Shown: piece after piece, positions 15,510 to 35,065 of the stretch
Position numbering within the stretch: position 1 is the stretch's first letter
Layout: every line of letters starts with the position of its first letter
Made by a program: the position numbers and the translations under genes
Notes under the pieces: generated by a model
Databases searched by the model: none
Told to the model about the DNA's origin: nothing
What the model saw: the letters and a program-made list of their open reading frames with translations, nothing else
Assembly (NCBI RefSeq): GCF_009914755.1
Contig: NC_060934.1
DNA from: the human T2T-CHM13v2.0 reference genome, Homo sapiens
Direction: 5' to 3' (one strand)
Length of the DNA stretch: 64,000 bases

Positions 15510-15929
15510 GAGGGGGGATAATAAAAGATTACGATGGGAAAGTTTGAGGGACATAATTATGTAAGAATTAGAAAAACACACTTCATTGAACTAGCAGAAC
15601 CCAAATTTTTGTTCACCCTATGTGTATATAAGGATTTTCATACAACTTTGTGTAGACTTGTTTCTTTTTCTCACATTTGCAGTGTTCAAACTGCTAAAGG
15701 GACTGACAAAGCAATACCAATGAACTGAGTGGTCATTGCATTTTTTTTGCCTTTAAAATTTTTAAACATTACTAGTCTGACATAGTGAATCATATTTATC
15801 TACTTTGAAATAAATGGAAAATATATACAATGTTTTCATTTACTTTCATCTATACATATAAAGTTACATAGCTTAAAAATAATTGCATTGTTTGTGATTA
15901 ACACAATTTGTTTACAATTTAGTATACTA

Positions 15930-16278
15930 AAGATATTCCACAATTTTTAATACACTTATTTGTTGATACACATTTGAGCTATTTCTGCCTTTTGGCTATT
16001 GTGAATAGTACTGTTATGAACATGTGTGTACATTTACTTGTTTGAGTACTTGTTTTCAAGTCTTTAGGGGTATATACCTCGGAGATAAATTGTGAGGGTA
16101 GGGGAACAGGCAGCAATAGCTTAATGGGTATGGGGTTTCCTTTGGAGATGATATTATAAAAATGTTTTGGAACTAGATAGAGGTGGTGGTTGTATAACAT
16201 TTTGAACGTACTGCATGCCGCTGAATTGTTCACTTTTAAATGATTAATTTTATATGTACATTTACCTTAATAAAAAAT
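15930..16278. mobile_element. L1MB 3' end with an inverted upstream part (minus about 15930-16080, plus 16081-16278)
   Basis: Antisense ttttggctattgtgaatagtactgttatgaacat...gggtatatacc abuts a sense L1MB terminus (gaactagatagaggtggtggttg...ttaataaaaaa). Confidence 0.65.
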
Positions 16279-16344
16279 TCCATAGTTCTGAAAGTTTTAC
16301 ATATTGTTGAAAGTTTTATAATGAAAAATAATAGTCCCTCTTTA

Positions 16345-18840
16345 CCAACATGGCAGAGTAACAGGTATCACCCTACAGCCCTCACCTCCCCCAAAAAACC
16401 AAATATAGACTTGTATCCACAAATCAAAATGGCCCTGAGAGGACTCAGGGGCCCATTTAATAATCTACAGCAATACCATGGAGTGAAAAGAGAATATTCA
16501 CGCAGAAAGGACCACTGGTGAGACTGGCATACCTGAGATACCAGGAGATGGCTAGGAACAAAGAAGAAAGGTGAGATCTATTGGTATCAGCTATGTGGTG
16601 GGAACCACCATGGCTCCCAGTGGCCTGCTCTGCAGAGGACACTGACATTCCTGCCAGGAACCCCTAGATTGGAAGATGGGGCTGTACATACCTGTCTCCC
16701 CAAAAGCAGCTGCTGTTATGCCACTCTGGGACCAGAGCTGCCATCTCAACCAACTCTGTGTATGGCCCTGACTTCTGAGCCTCAGCTGCTCCATGAGTGC
16801 CCACACTTCAGACCCCAGCTCTGTGGCTGAACCGTACCTGACTATGCCTCAGACACTGGTTCACATCCTGAACCCTGGAGCCAAGGTCTCTCTGCATGTG
16901 CCCACAGTTTAGATACCAGCTCAGCTGCCATTGTGAGCTAGCTTATGCTCTGAATCTGTTTCTGAAGCAAGGCTGCCTAGACTCATGCTTCATACACAAG
17001 AGCCACCACTATGGTGAGCTAGCTTGTACCCTGGTCCTTGGGACCAAGATCTCTCTGTTTGTGCCTGTGCTTAGGGCACCAGCTCAGCTGCCATAGAGAA
17101 CTAGGATTAACCTGACTCCAGAGGCACTGTAGCTCTGTGCATGTCCATGTTCTCATCCCCAGAGCCCTGGCTGCTCTACAAGCATCTGACATGGCATACC
17201 ATTACCAATTTGTCCATGGTGGTTTCTGTGCCCTGGGCACTGGTACCATTACCACCTCATACCCCAGATGTGTATTTCCTCCACATATGTTCATGCTATA
17301 GGATTAGGCTTTGTGGTTGCTCCACAGGTACCACTAATCAGACACCAGTGCCACTGCTACTGCAAGTAGGCATGCAAACCAGATTCAATGTCAACAGGAT
17401 CCCCTAAGCCCCAACTTTCCCAGTGGGAGAAAAAGAGACTCAGAGGACCTTAACAGTCATTACCACTGGAGAACCTTTTAGCCCTCACTGCCACTGAAGA
17501 CATCCACAGTGTTGGTTGCTTTGGATCCTTGCAATCTTTGTCAACACCAAACTCATTTGACAGAGCTGCATGGGGACTACATTGCCGCACCATCATCAAT
17601 GCTAGAACTGCTGTGCCCCACCCAGAGAGTGCCCTTGAACCCCATGTCTCTGCATAGTAAAGATCTTTCTTCACTGAAACTAGCCTATAAGGTCTGGAAA
17701 GGGTTACAGACATCAAAGTAAGGCAACAAGAAACATGGGAAACTAAGGAGAAATATTACCACCAAAAGAACACAATAATTTCCTACTAGCTGACACCAAA
17801 GAAATGGAAATCTACATACTGCCTGACAAAAAATTCAAAGTACTTGTTTTAATGATGCTCAGTTAACTTCAAAAAATACAGAGAAACAATTCAATTAGAT
17901 AAGGAAAACATTAAATAACTCAAATAATAAATTTAACAGAGATATTGAAATAATAATAAAACAAAGAAATTCTGGACCAGAAGAATGAAATGAATGAAAT
18001 GGAGAATGCAACACAGAGAGAACATCAACAGCATAATTAATGAAGCAAAAGAAAGAATCTTTGAATGCAAAGATAGGTTATTTGAAAACATTCAGTTAGA
18101 GGAAAAAAAGATAAAAAATTGGTAAAAAAAAAAAAAAAATAAACAAGATTTATGGGACAGTATCAAAGGACCTACTATTCAAATTATACTAGGTAGAGAA
18201 GAAAAAGAGAAAGCAATAGGGATAGAGAGCTTATTTAAAGAAATAATAGCTGAAAATTCCCAAAATATGAGGAAAGATATAAATATCCAGGCACAGGAAA
18301 GTCAAAAGACTCCAATCAGATTCAACCCAAACAAGACTATGTCAAAATATATTGTAATCAAACCATCAAAAATTTAAGACAAAGAAAGAATTCTGAAAGT
18401 AGCAAGAGAAAAGAAGTATATTATATATGAAGGAATCCCAATAAGAATAGTAGCAATTTTCTCAATGGAAGCCTTACAGACAAGGAGGGAGTGGAATGCT
18501 CTATACTAACTGTTAAAGGAAAAAAAACTCAACCAAGAATACTTTACCTGGTAAAGCTGTCCTTCAGAAATGAAGGGGAGAAAAAGCTGAGGTGTTTCCT
18601 TATAGGAAATGTTAAAGGGACTTCTTTGAGTAGAAAGTAAAAGGACACTAATTAGTAACATAAAAAAATATGAACATGAAAAACTTGGGGGTAAAAGTAA
18701 AAACACAGTCAAATTCAGAACGCTGTAATACTGTGATGGGGGTATATATCACATATGTTTACTATGAAGGTGAAAAGACAAAACTATTCAAATAATGACA
18801 GCTCCAATAATTTGTTAAGGGATACACAACATAAAAAGAT
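16345..18840 (+). mobile_element. Old L1M (L1M2/L1MA-like) 5'UTR and decayed ORF1
   Basis: GC-richer leader followed by A-rich ORF1-like sequence (aaagaaataatagctgaaaattcccaaa, aaagaattctgaaagtagcaagagaaaag). Confidence 0.7.
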
Positions 18841-18841
18841 C

Positions 18842-25006
<6,165 letters not shown>

Positions 25007-25690
25007 GAGAAGCCCAGGACCTGATGGCTTCACAGTCGAATTCTACCAAACATTTAAAGAAGAACAAATACCAATCCTATTCAAACTATTTCAAAAAATA
25101 TAGAGGAGGAAGGAATACTTCCACACTCATTCTACCAGGCCAGTATTACCTTGATATGAAACCAGACAAAAATGCATCAAAAAAAGAGAGAAAAGTACAG
25201 CCAATATGTCTGATGAATATTGATGCAAAAATCCTCAACAAAATACTAGCAAACTGAATTCAACAGCACATTAAAAAGATCTTTTCTCATGATGAAGTAG
25301 TATTTATCTCAGGGATACAAGGATGGTTCAAAATATGCAAATCAATTAATGTGACACATCATATTAACAGAATGGAGGACAAAAACATATGATCATGTCA
25401 ATTGATGCTGAAAAGGATTTGATAAAATTTTAACATCCTTCATGATAAAAACCCTTTAAAAAACTGTCTATATAAGGAATATACCTTAACATAATAAAAG
25501 CCATAAATAACAGACACCCACAGGGTAGTATCATACTAAATGAGGAAAAACTGAAAATTTGTCTTCTAAGATGCAGACCAAGACAAGGCTGCCCACTGTC
25601 ACAACCGTTATTCAACATATTACTGAAAGTCCTAGCTAGAGCAATCAGACAAGAGAAAGATATAAAGGGCATCCAAATTGGTGCTAGAGC
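25007..25690 (+). mobile_element. L1M/L1PB ORF2 middle fragment
   Basis: agcccaggacctgatggcttcac...ctgatgaatattgatgcaaaaatcctcaacaaaatactagc ([14 protein letters not shown]). Confidence 0.8.
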
Positions 25691-25707
25691 AATTGTACTT
25701 TTATAGG

Positions 25708-25761
25708 CACACTCACACACACACATAAACACACACACACACATACACACATACATACACA
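25708..25761. repeat. Imperfect (CA)n microsatellite
   Basis: cacactcacacacacacataaacacacacacacacatacacacatacatacaca. Confidence 0.85.
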
Positions 25762-26985
25762 AAAAAGAACTTCACCTGTCTCATATTTTATACAAAAGTT
25801 AACTCAAAAATAGTTTATGTTCTTAAATGTACAACATAAAATTGTAAAACTTTTAGAAAAAAAGAAAAAACTTCAAGATTTAGGGTCAGGTAAAGTGTTC
25901 TTACAAAACAGCATGATACATAAAAGGAAAAACTCATAAATTGGACTTCATCAAAATGTAAAACTTTTTCTCTGTGAGAATTAAAAGAAAAGCTACAGAC
26001 TAAGAGGAAATATATGGAAACTACATTTCTAACAAAGGACTCATATCTAGGATATATTAGAATTCTCAAAGCCAAACAGTAAAAATAAATAAATGATATA
26101 ATTAGAAAATGAGAAAAAAGCATGAAGAGACATTCCATGGGAGAAGCTATACAGATGTCAGATAAGCACAAGAAAAGGTGTGCAACATCTCTAGCCATTA
26201 AGAAATGAAAGTTAAGATTACAATCAGATATAAAATAAAAAACTGTGACAATATCAACTGCTGGTAAGGATGCAGAGAAAATGGATCTCTCATACATTTT
26301 GGGGTAGGAATGTAAAATATTACAGTTACTCCAGAAACAGTTTGGCAGCTTCTTTAAAAACCAGACTTGCAACTACCATAGACTCCAGCAATTGTCTTCC
26401 TATTTATCCCAGAAAAATGAAAATATATGTTCCCTCAAAAACTTGAACACAAATGTTTATAGAAGCTTTATTTGTAATAATGAAAAACTAGAAACAACCC
26501 AGCTATCCTTCCATGAATGAATGGTTATTGTGGTACATCCATACAATAGAATGACACTGAACAACACAAAACAGTGAACTATTAATACACAACTTGTATA
26601 AGTCTCCAGAAAATTATGATGATTTTTAAAAATCCCAAAATGTTATATATTGTTTGACTCTATTTATATAACCTTCTTGAAATGATAAAATAATACAAAT
26701 GGAGAGCAGATTTGTGGATGCTAAGGGTTAAGGAGATGATGGGGTGAAAGAAAAGTAGTTGTGGCTATAGAAGGACAACATGAAGAGTCTTTGTGGGAAT
26801 GTTCTGTATCTTCACTGTATTAATGTGAATATCCTGGTTGTGATATTGTAATGCAGATTTTCAAGATGCTACTATTTGGGGAAATTAAATGAAGGGTATA
26901 TGAGATTACTCTGTATTATTTCTTACAATTGCATATGAATCTACAAATATAAATTTTACCTCAAAATACAATTTTAATTTTAAAA
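25762..26985 (+). mobile_element. L1MC 3' region
   Basis: Ends ...ctgtattatttcttacaattgcatatgaatctacaa...ctcaaaata, like an L1MC1-3 terminus. Confidence 0.75.
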
Positions 26986-27200
26986 ATTGTAGTGATAACT
27001 AAATATCCGTAACATATTTCACTGCATATTCCTCCTTCCTTTTCTTTTATCCTGAAATAAAAGTAAATTCATTCCTCATAGTCCACATTTTTAAAGTCTA
27101 GAAATCATCCTCCCATAATGTATCAGTTAGCTTCTTTGGCCTCTGACAAACCAACACAAACTATAATGACATAAAACAAAAAACAATGTTATATTACTTT

Positions 27201-27548
27201 TGTGAAAGGAAAATAAATCTTGGGGCTCCAAAATCACTAAGCTAAAGGGAAAATTCAAACTGGAAACTGCTTAGAGCCAACTGCCTCCCACTCGATTCAA
27301 AGTCACTCCTCTGCTCACTGAGATAAATATCTCATTGCCTCCTTTGGAAAGGCTAATCAGAAACTCAAAAGAATGCAACCATTTTTGTTTCACCTATCTG
27401 TGACCTGGAAGCTCCCTCCCTGCTTGAAGTCTTCCTGCCTTTGCTTCAATTTATCCTACCTTTCCAGACTGAACAAATGTACTTCTTACATATATTGATT
27501 GATGTCTCATATCTCCCTAAAATGTATAAAACCAAGCTGTGTCCTGAC
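27201..27548 (+). mobile_element. MER4A-type LTR, 3' end cut off by MER61
   Basis: Starts tgtgaaaggaaaataaatcttggggctccaaaatcactaagctaaaggg and stops after aaatgtataaaaccaagctgtg. Confidence 0.8.
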
Positions 27549-28678
27549 TGTAAGAGTTAAAGAAAGAGGAACAAACATGAAAAGCAGCTCAACAGTCAAA
27601 GACAGGTTTATTTTGGAGAATAAACCTGAGAGGGGCTTCTGGACAATCTCTCTGGCTGGAGGGGAGATTATCTCAGGGCTGACATGTCTCTGGTTGGGAA
27701 AGGGTTTGGAATCTTTCTGGTCAGAGATGTCATTTGTGGTTTATGGTCATGTGGACCTTAGCCATTACACTGATGCCCTTTGGATTTAGGCGGTTTTTGA
27801 TCAAGGGGAACTTTAGAATGGTGGTGCTTGTTCAAGATGACAATGCGGCTGCTCTGTCAGTCCAGACCCTATAGTTATAAAAAGGCAAGGGGCAGTGTGT
27901 TCTTTCTGGCTACTTCCTGCTGATGAGGGGACAGAATTTTCTGGTCTTGAATTCATTGCAGGAGTAACACCATCTGTAGGTGTTTTTGGGTAGTTGTCTG
28001 TGAAATGGCCATGATCATCTCAGTTAAAAATCTTTGAAAAAGGTTAATTAGGCAGGGTAAGAACATTAGTCCTAGGCATATTATTAGGAGAGGGCCCAGG
28101 AATGGGATGACCCATGTTATGATTTTGTTCCCAAACTAAGAATCTATTTGGTCGTTTTGGTATTCCTTAGCTTTTTAGCCCTTTCTTTAAGTTTTTCAGT
28201 AGCAGCTCTTACTAGGCCTGATTGATTGATATAGAAACAACATTCCTTACCTGATGAGAGCCAGAGGTGCATGTTTGGAAAGGCCCATATGTTATTTTCT
28301 GTTAGTAACCATTATTCCTGCTATGTGGATAATAATTAAGCAAAATGATACAGTAATTGAGATTTTCTATTAGATATTCTACCCTGAGGGTGCTACAGCA
28401 GAGTAAGGCAATTCCCACAAGGGTGGCAAAGTAAATAATGTCCATTAAAAAGTTTTAATATTTTGCTTAGAAGGAGAGGTAGGAATGACAAAAAGTATTT
28501 GGTGAGGTAGGGGTGAGACTGAGTAAAATGAGTAGTTCTCGCTCACTTATTTTTTATGATTTTCTGCTAAAGATGTCCTATTTCTTTATTTCCACTTGTG
28601 AGGATCAGAGGGCTTAGAGGCAGTGCCTACTGAAACATCTAGCTTTGAGTTTATAGGGCTTTAAGAAAGCACAGTTTA

Positions 28679-28976
<298 letters not shown>

Positions 28977-29736
28977 TTATTTTGGAAACTTGTAGCGAGA
29001 AAAATCAGAATTTAAACTGTATAAAATAATAAAAATTGAAAAATATTAGGCAAATTAGAATTTAACAAGAAGTGTGCTATAGTTTTTGAAACATAATTTT
29101 CTCTCTCCAGTTTCCCATTTTTATTAAAAGACAAGTCATGGTAAGACTGATTTACTTTATTATACTTGGCTTAATTATTTGCATACAGCACAGCAAGAAT
29201 AATTATTTGTTACATAGGCCTTTTAAATTGGCTTTGATGGAACTTTGTTCCATAGAAGGAATCTGAGATAAGAACTTTTTAAAGCCAAGCCCAGCCATGG
29301 ATTTGTACTATCAAATACCTATGAGTTGGGTGAATTTCTCTCCTCTTGAGGATCCAAGATAACTTGGGGTTCCCAGCCTGTGAGAAAGTGACATTCTTTA
29401 CTTACCACAGGTCAGAAACCCTGTACAGGGATTGTGTACACAAACCATGAGGCCAGTTTTCCAAGGGTTTTATTGGCTCCATAAGTCAAGTTTGATTCCT
29501 TAAAGGAAAGTACACCATTCCAGTCAAAGCCTTGGTAAAATAACCAGTTTTTCCAATTGTGTTCTGTTACAAAAAAAAAAAAAAATCTTATTGCACTTAT
29601 GCAAATAACTATATTTCCATAACTTAAGAATACTCACAGATAGTTTCCAAATTCTGGAGAAAATCAGGTAGAGAGAAACAAGTATGCTCCAAATTTTGTT
29701 TATGGGAGTATACTAAATTGCTAAAAGCTGTCAATA

Positions 29737-30335
29737 CCAGCAATCCCATTACTGGGTATATACCGAAAGGATTATAAATCATGCTGCTATAAAGACACAT
29801 GCACACGTATGTTTATTGCGGCACTATTCACAATAACAAAGACTTGGAACCAACCCAAATGTCCAACAATGATAGACTGGATTAAGGAAATGTGGCACAT
29901 ATACACCATGGAATACTACACAGCCATAAAAAATTATGAGTTTATGTCCTTTGTAGGGACATGGATGATGCTGGAAACCATCATTCTCAGCAAACTATCA
30001 CAAGGACAAAAAACCAAACACTACATGTTCTCACTCATAGGTGGGAATTGAACAATGAGAACACATGGACACAGGAAGTGGAACATCACACACCGGGACC
30101 TGTTGTGGGGTGGGGGGAGGGGAGAGGAGATATACATTTGGAGATATACCTAATGTTAAATGACAAGTTACTGGGTGCAGCACACCAACATGGCACATGT
30201 ATACATATGTAACTAACCTGCACATTGTGCACATGTACCCTAAAACTTAAAGTATAATAATAAAAAAGTGAACAAATATATAGTAACAATCTGAACTAAC
30301 AGAAAAAATAATACTTATTAAAAATTCTTCCAAAA
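29737..30335 (+). mobile_element. 5'-truncated L1PA3/4 with a probable 3' transduction
   Basis: L1 3' end runs to about 30267 (cctaaaacttaaagtataataa). About 64 bp of non-L1 sequence and an A-tract follow. TSD aaaagctgtcaata at 29723-29736 and 30336-30349. Confidence 0.9.
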
Positions 30336-32348
30336 AAAAGCTGTCAATAGCTCAAAAGAAAAGTTTCTTTGACTTTGAAAAGCAAAACAAAGGATTAGCA
30401 ATATTTTAAGCAAAACATCAAAAAGATCACTCCAGTCTCTTATTAGTTCAGTTCATGCAGTTAATTCCTGTCCTGCTTGATATTAATGAACATTTTAGCT
30501 CTTCAAGAGTCCTGAACATTTTTCCTCTATTTTGATGTCACAATCTCCAGTTATCAGAAACCTGCATTTAAAAACACCTGTTAGAGCTTTATAGCTGATT
30601 ATAAAACCACCTTCTAAAGAGGACCAAAACAAGACAACAATTGTTTATTGATGGCCAAAAGTTTTAGAGTAGCCGTAGTTAAAGATGCAGTTGACAGGCA
30701 ATCTGCTACCTCTGTGGCACACAATAATTTTAACATAACAATTATAATCACTACTAATAATGTACACTAAGATATATCAAATTATAGGAGTCTCCCATAA
30801 CTTTAGAACACACACCTTATATGTGTCCATATAAGTCCATATAACTTTGGAACAACATATTTATACAAATATAGCCCAAAGAAAGCCAAACCCTATTTTC
30901 TATTTGACAATGCTTTCTGTATGATTTTATACCAAATAAGCCAAATTTTACCTTTATATTAGTGTGCTATTAATGTTAAATGCAATTTTTAATAAAACTT
31001 TGTAGACACATTTACCCAATTTTAACATTTGACCATAGGTAAGATTTTTATACACCCTTTTTAACTATCTACAGTTTCTGTTAAAAGCAGGTAGTGCTGT
31101 AAGAAAAACCTGTTGTGCTTTTATTTTAGTGTTTGATTTACAGAAAAACTGGATGATACCCTTTCAACTTTAGCCAATATATTTACACACAGAATTTCCT
31201 TTACAATTAATCTTTTGAAACTTGTTTAAACCTTCATTTTTATTTTATTCAATTTAAAACAATTCTTTTACCTTTTAATCCAGTTAAAAATCCCACATTC
31301 TTATGCCTCCTTATAATCTTTCTACCAAAAGTATATTTAGATTATTTTTAATAGTCTTAAATACATGTTACACTGTTAACTTTTAGCAACCTTTACTTTT
31401 GTTGGTAAGTTTGGGATTTTAATTCCATACTAGGGGTAGAGCCTAGGACCTAGACAGATGTGCAAATAAGGTCTGATTTATTCCAGCATTTAACTCCATG
31501 TGTCCTAGGTCTTACCTAGCTGCAAAGCCAGCAAGTTGTACAGCTAAGAGTTATACTGGCATTTTATAAAGCATTCAAGAGGCCTAATTACTTTTAAATT
31601 GTACAACATTTCTTGCATAAATTCCCTTTTATAAAATTTTTCACAACTTTCACAGATAATCTCTGACATGCCTCAACTTTCTGACTTGTTGTAAACATCC
31701 CTCCTTTTAAACAACCAGTTAATTTACTTTAGGACAAGAATTTATCACATAAGATTTTTTATATAAATTCTATTTTCTTTAGTATCAAAGATGATAACAG
31801 TCCTTTCCCAAAACAAACTTCCTTCATGTCTGTGAACTAGACTGCCTAAGGCCACAAGATTAGAAGTTAAGGTATTTCACTAAATAGTTCAAGATGTAGC
31901 TATCTTCTTAAAAAAATTTATGTTTCATTCATTTAAAAATTACACAAGCAAAGATTATTCTGTTTGGGTTGAGTTATAGTTCTGTAGCCTCTATGCCAAA
32001 TTTTGAGTTTGTGGGCAAACTCGTATCTGCACCTTCCACCAGAAGGTATGCTGAGGGCAATCCCTCCCTGGCACCATGCTCCTTGAGGTTATCTGCTGGA
32101 ACATCTGGAGCCTGCTGTTCTAAGAAAGCAGTCATACAGGCCTGCACTAAATCAAGCAGCTGACCAACAACCACTCCCTTCTTCCTATCTCCTTTATTCA
32201 ATAAATGCAAAGGGCTCTAGAAGCTCAGGGCCCTTGTTCACTAGAAGCAAGGAGCCCCCGACCCCTTCTTCCAAACATACTGTTTTGTCTTTGTCTTTGT
32301 TCCCACATTCATCCTCCTTTGTTCAGTCCACCAGGGTGTGCGGCAAAG

Positions 32349-32367
32349 TGGCATCACGAACAGGGAC
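32349..32367 (+). promoter_or_regulatory. Primer-binding site (tRNA-Lys3-like)
   Basis: tggcatcacgaacagggac compared with TGGCGCCCGAACAGGGAC, 3 nt after the LTR end. Confidence 0.8.
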
Positions 32368-32518
32368 TTCAAGGATGTGAACAAAGAAGGTCTGCTGGAG
32401 CACAGGAAGTAAAATTGACCAGACCAGTGGGGACCCCGGGATGAATTTGCTGGCAGGGAATATAAAGTCAGTACTCTAAAGAAGTACTGGGAATGAGAAC
32501 TTTCTGAATCAGGGTAAC

Positions 32519-34150
32519 ATGGAGCAGAATTTGTCTGTTGAAGAAAAGCATTATGTGCAGTTGCTTAAAGTTCTGTTGAAACAGTCTGGAGCTCAAGTTA
32601 ATTCACAGACATTAACTAAGCTTCCACAGGAGGTTTTTACGCATAACCCATGGTTTCTGCAGGCAGACAGTCTCTATGTAGGAAATTGGGACAGAGTAGG
32701 AGAGGGATTGAAACAGGCTCATCAAAAAGGTTTCAAAGTAGACCCTTCTGTTTTATCTGCTTGGGGTTTAGTTCACATGGTCCTACTGCCATTGTCTCCT
32801 TCTTATTCTGTCAGACAACAGGAGTCAGGTTCTGAGTCTCAAGAATTAAAAAAATCATTTGTTCCTCTGACAGTGCCTATTGAAAATAATGAGCAGGAGG
32901 AAGGGGAGGAGAATTGGCTGCTTGCTAAGCAGGAAAAATGATAGGAGAATTGGCCTCTGCCACTCCCTCCAATAACAGAAGTAGAAACTCTCATACAAAA
33001 AATTTTGCACACTGCTGCTATGGCTGGGGAACCTTTAGACCCTTGCACTTTTCCTATTACTATAAGACCTGATCCGAATGATCCACAACATCTTTTACAT
33101 GAACACACTCCTGTAGAATTTAAATTACTAAAAAAATTAAACGCTAGTGTGGTTAATAATGGAGTGCAAAGCCCATTTACTATAGGGCTGTTAGAATTGG
33201 TGTTTGGAGCCATGCACCTCCCACCCTTTGATATAAGACATTTGGCTCACACTTGCTTGTCCGCCAGTGCATATCTGACAAGGAGTTTAAATTGGCAAGA
33301 AATGAGTGCAGACCAGGCAAGGCAGAATTGTGACGCTGGTCAAGGAAACATTACAGAGGAAATGCTGATAGGCAGTGGCCCCTTTTCAGATCTGGTACAA
33401 CAATTAACACTCCCAGAGGCTGCTTATCACCAGTCTGCCTTAGCCACCAAGCATGCTTAGAGCACAATTCCTGAAGAAGGAGTTCCAGTGCTGTCTTTTC
33501 TACATGTCAGGCAGGGATCATGGGGACCTTATGCACAATTTATTGCACAGCTGCAAGACACAGTATGGCATCAGCTCCCTCATGCCTCTGCTAAAGAAAT
33601 ACTTACCATAACTCTAGCCTATAAAAATGCAAATGCAGATTGCAAGCATGCAATGGCTCCTGTGAGAGCCACAAAGAGCTTGGGGAATTACCTTAAATCC
33701 TATCAGGATATAGGAACTGAATTTCATTGTTCTATGATATTAGCTCAAGGAATGGCTAGTTTAGTACTTGACAAATCTTAAAGGAGCCAAGGGTCAAACC
33801 CTAAAGTGGGAAAATGTTATAAATGTGGAAAAACTGGACACTTTAAAAAGGAATCAATTATTCAGAGAAGTAAAGCGAGCTTTTGTTAAATGGAATCTCA
33901 AAATTACTCCAGAGAAAGTGCAAATAACTCCCCGACACCATTACTTAGGAACTATTGTTACAGAGAAGAGTGCAGATCTCAGAACAGAAAGGACCTTACA
34001 ATGTGAAGCCCCCCTCCGACCCTGCCCCCAGTGGAAAAAATGTCAGGACTCTGTCCTTGCTGTAACAAAGGAAATCATTGGGCTAATCAATGCCACTCAA
34101 AACTTCATCAGAATGGCACCCCTGTGTCGGGAAACGAGAAGGAGGCCTGG
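32519..34150 (+). pseudogene. gag: HML-6 gag remnant
   Basis: Matrix MEQNLSVEEKHYVQLLKVLL; MHR-like VRQGSWGPYAQFIAQL and NANADCK; zinc knuckles CYKCGKTGH and CPCCNKGNHWANQC. Several stops. Confidence 0.88.
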
Positions 34151-35065
34151 ACCCAGGCCCTTCAAATGAGGCATTCCCAGTTCAGACCAGAACCCCACTT
34201 CAGGGGTGGGTCCCAGGAGGAACATTGATTCCCTCTCCCCAGGAACACCAGGATGCACAGGATTAGATCTCCCCACCAGAGAAAGAAGTACACTAGTTGG
34301 AGGAGACAAATCTACCAAAATTCCCACTGGCATTTGGGGACCTTTACCAGCAGGATACATGAGACTAATTTTAGGCAAAAGCCAACCTTAACTTGCAAGA
34401 CATCATGGTAGTCCCCAGAGTAATTGACTCCGATTATGAAGGAGAAATTCAAGTAGTTTTAATGTCACAAGACCTTTAGATTTTTGAACCAGGGGAATAT
34501 ATAGTGTAATTATTGCTTATCCCCTGCAAATTACACCCTTCTCCATGAAAGGAGAAAAGAGGATACAAATGGTTTGGGAGCACAACTACATGAGAAATCT
34601 ATCTATCACAACCCATAGCCTCTACCAGACCCACCTGTGTAGTACAAATTAAAGGAAGGAAATTCTATGGGCTTATGGACACAGGAGCTGATGTGTCAGT
34701 AATATCCGGTAAGGATTTGTCCCCATCCGGGCCCCTCAGACTAACTCCACATCCCTAGTGAGAGTAGGAGCAGCTCAAAGTGTTCAACAGAGTGCTGAGA
34801 TTTTACCTTGTCTTGGTCCAGATGGACAATCATGTACTTTCCAGCCTTATGTTGCAAATATAGCTTTCAATTTATGGACTCCAGAATTACTTACAGCATG
34901 GGATATGAGACTTACAAATGAAAACTTTGATAACACAGGATTTAAAATGTTGAAGGACATGGGATATCAGAGTGGGAAAGGTTTAGGAAAATTCCAACAA
35001 GGAAACCCTAACCCGATATCAATAACTGGAAAGACAGAAAGGACTGGGACATCAGGATTTATGAT
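34150..35065 (+). pseudogene. pro: HML-6 pro remnant (dUTPase, protease, G-patch)
   Basis: dUTPase TGLDLP...IPTGIWGPLP; protease LMDTGADVSVI (DTGAD at 34678-34692); G-patch [16 protein letters not shown]. Multiple stops. Confidence 0.88.
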
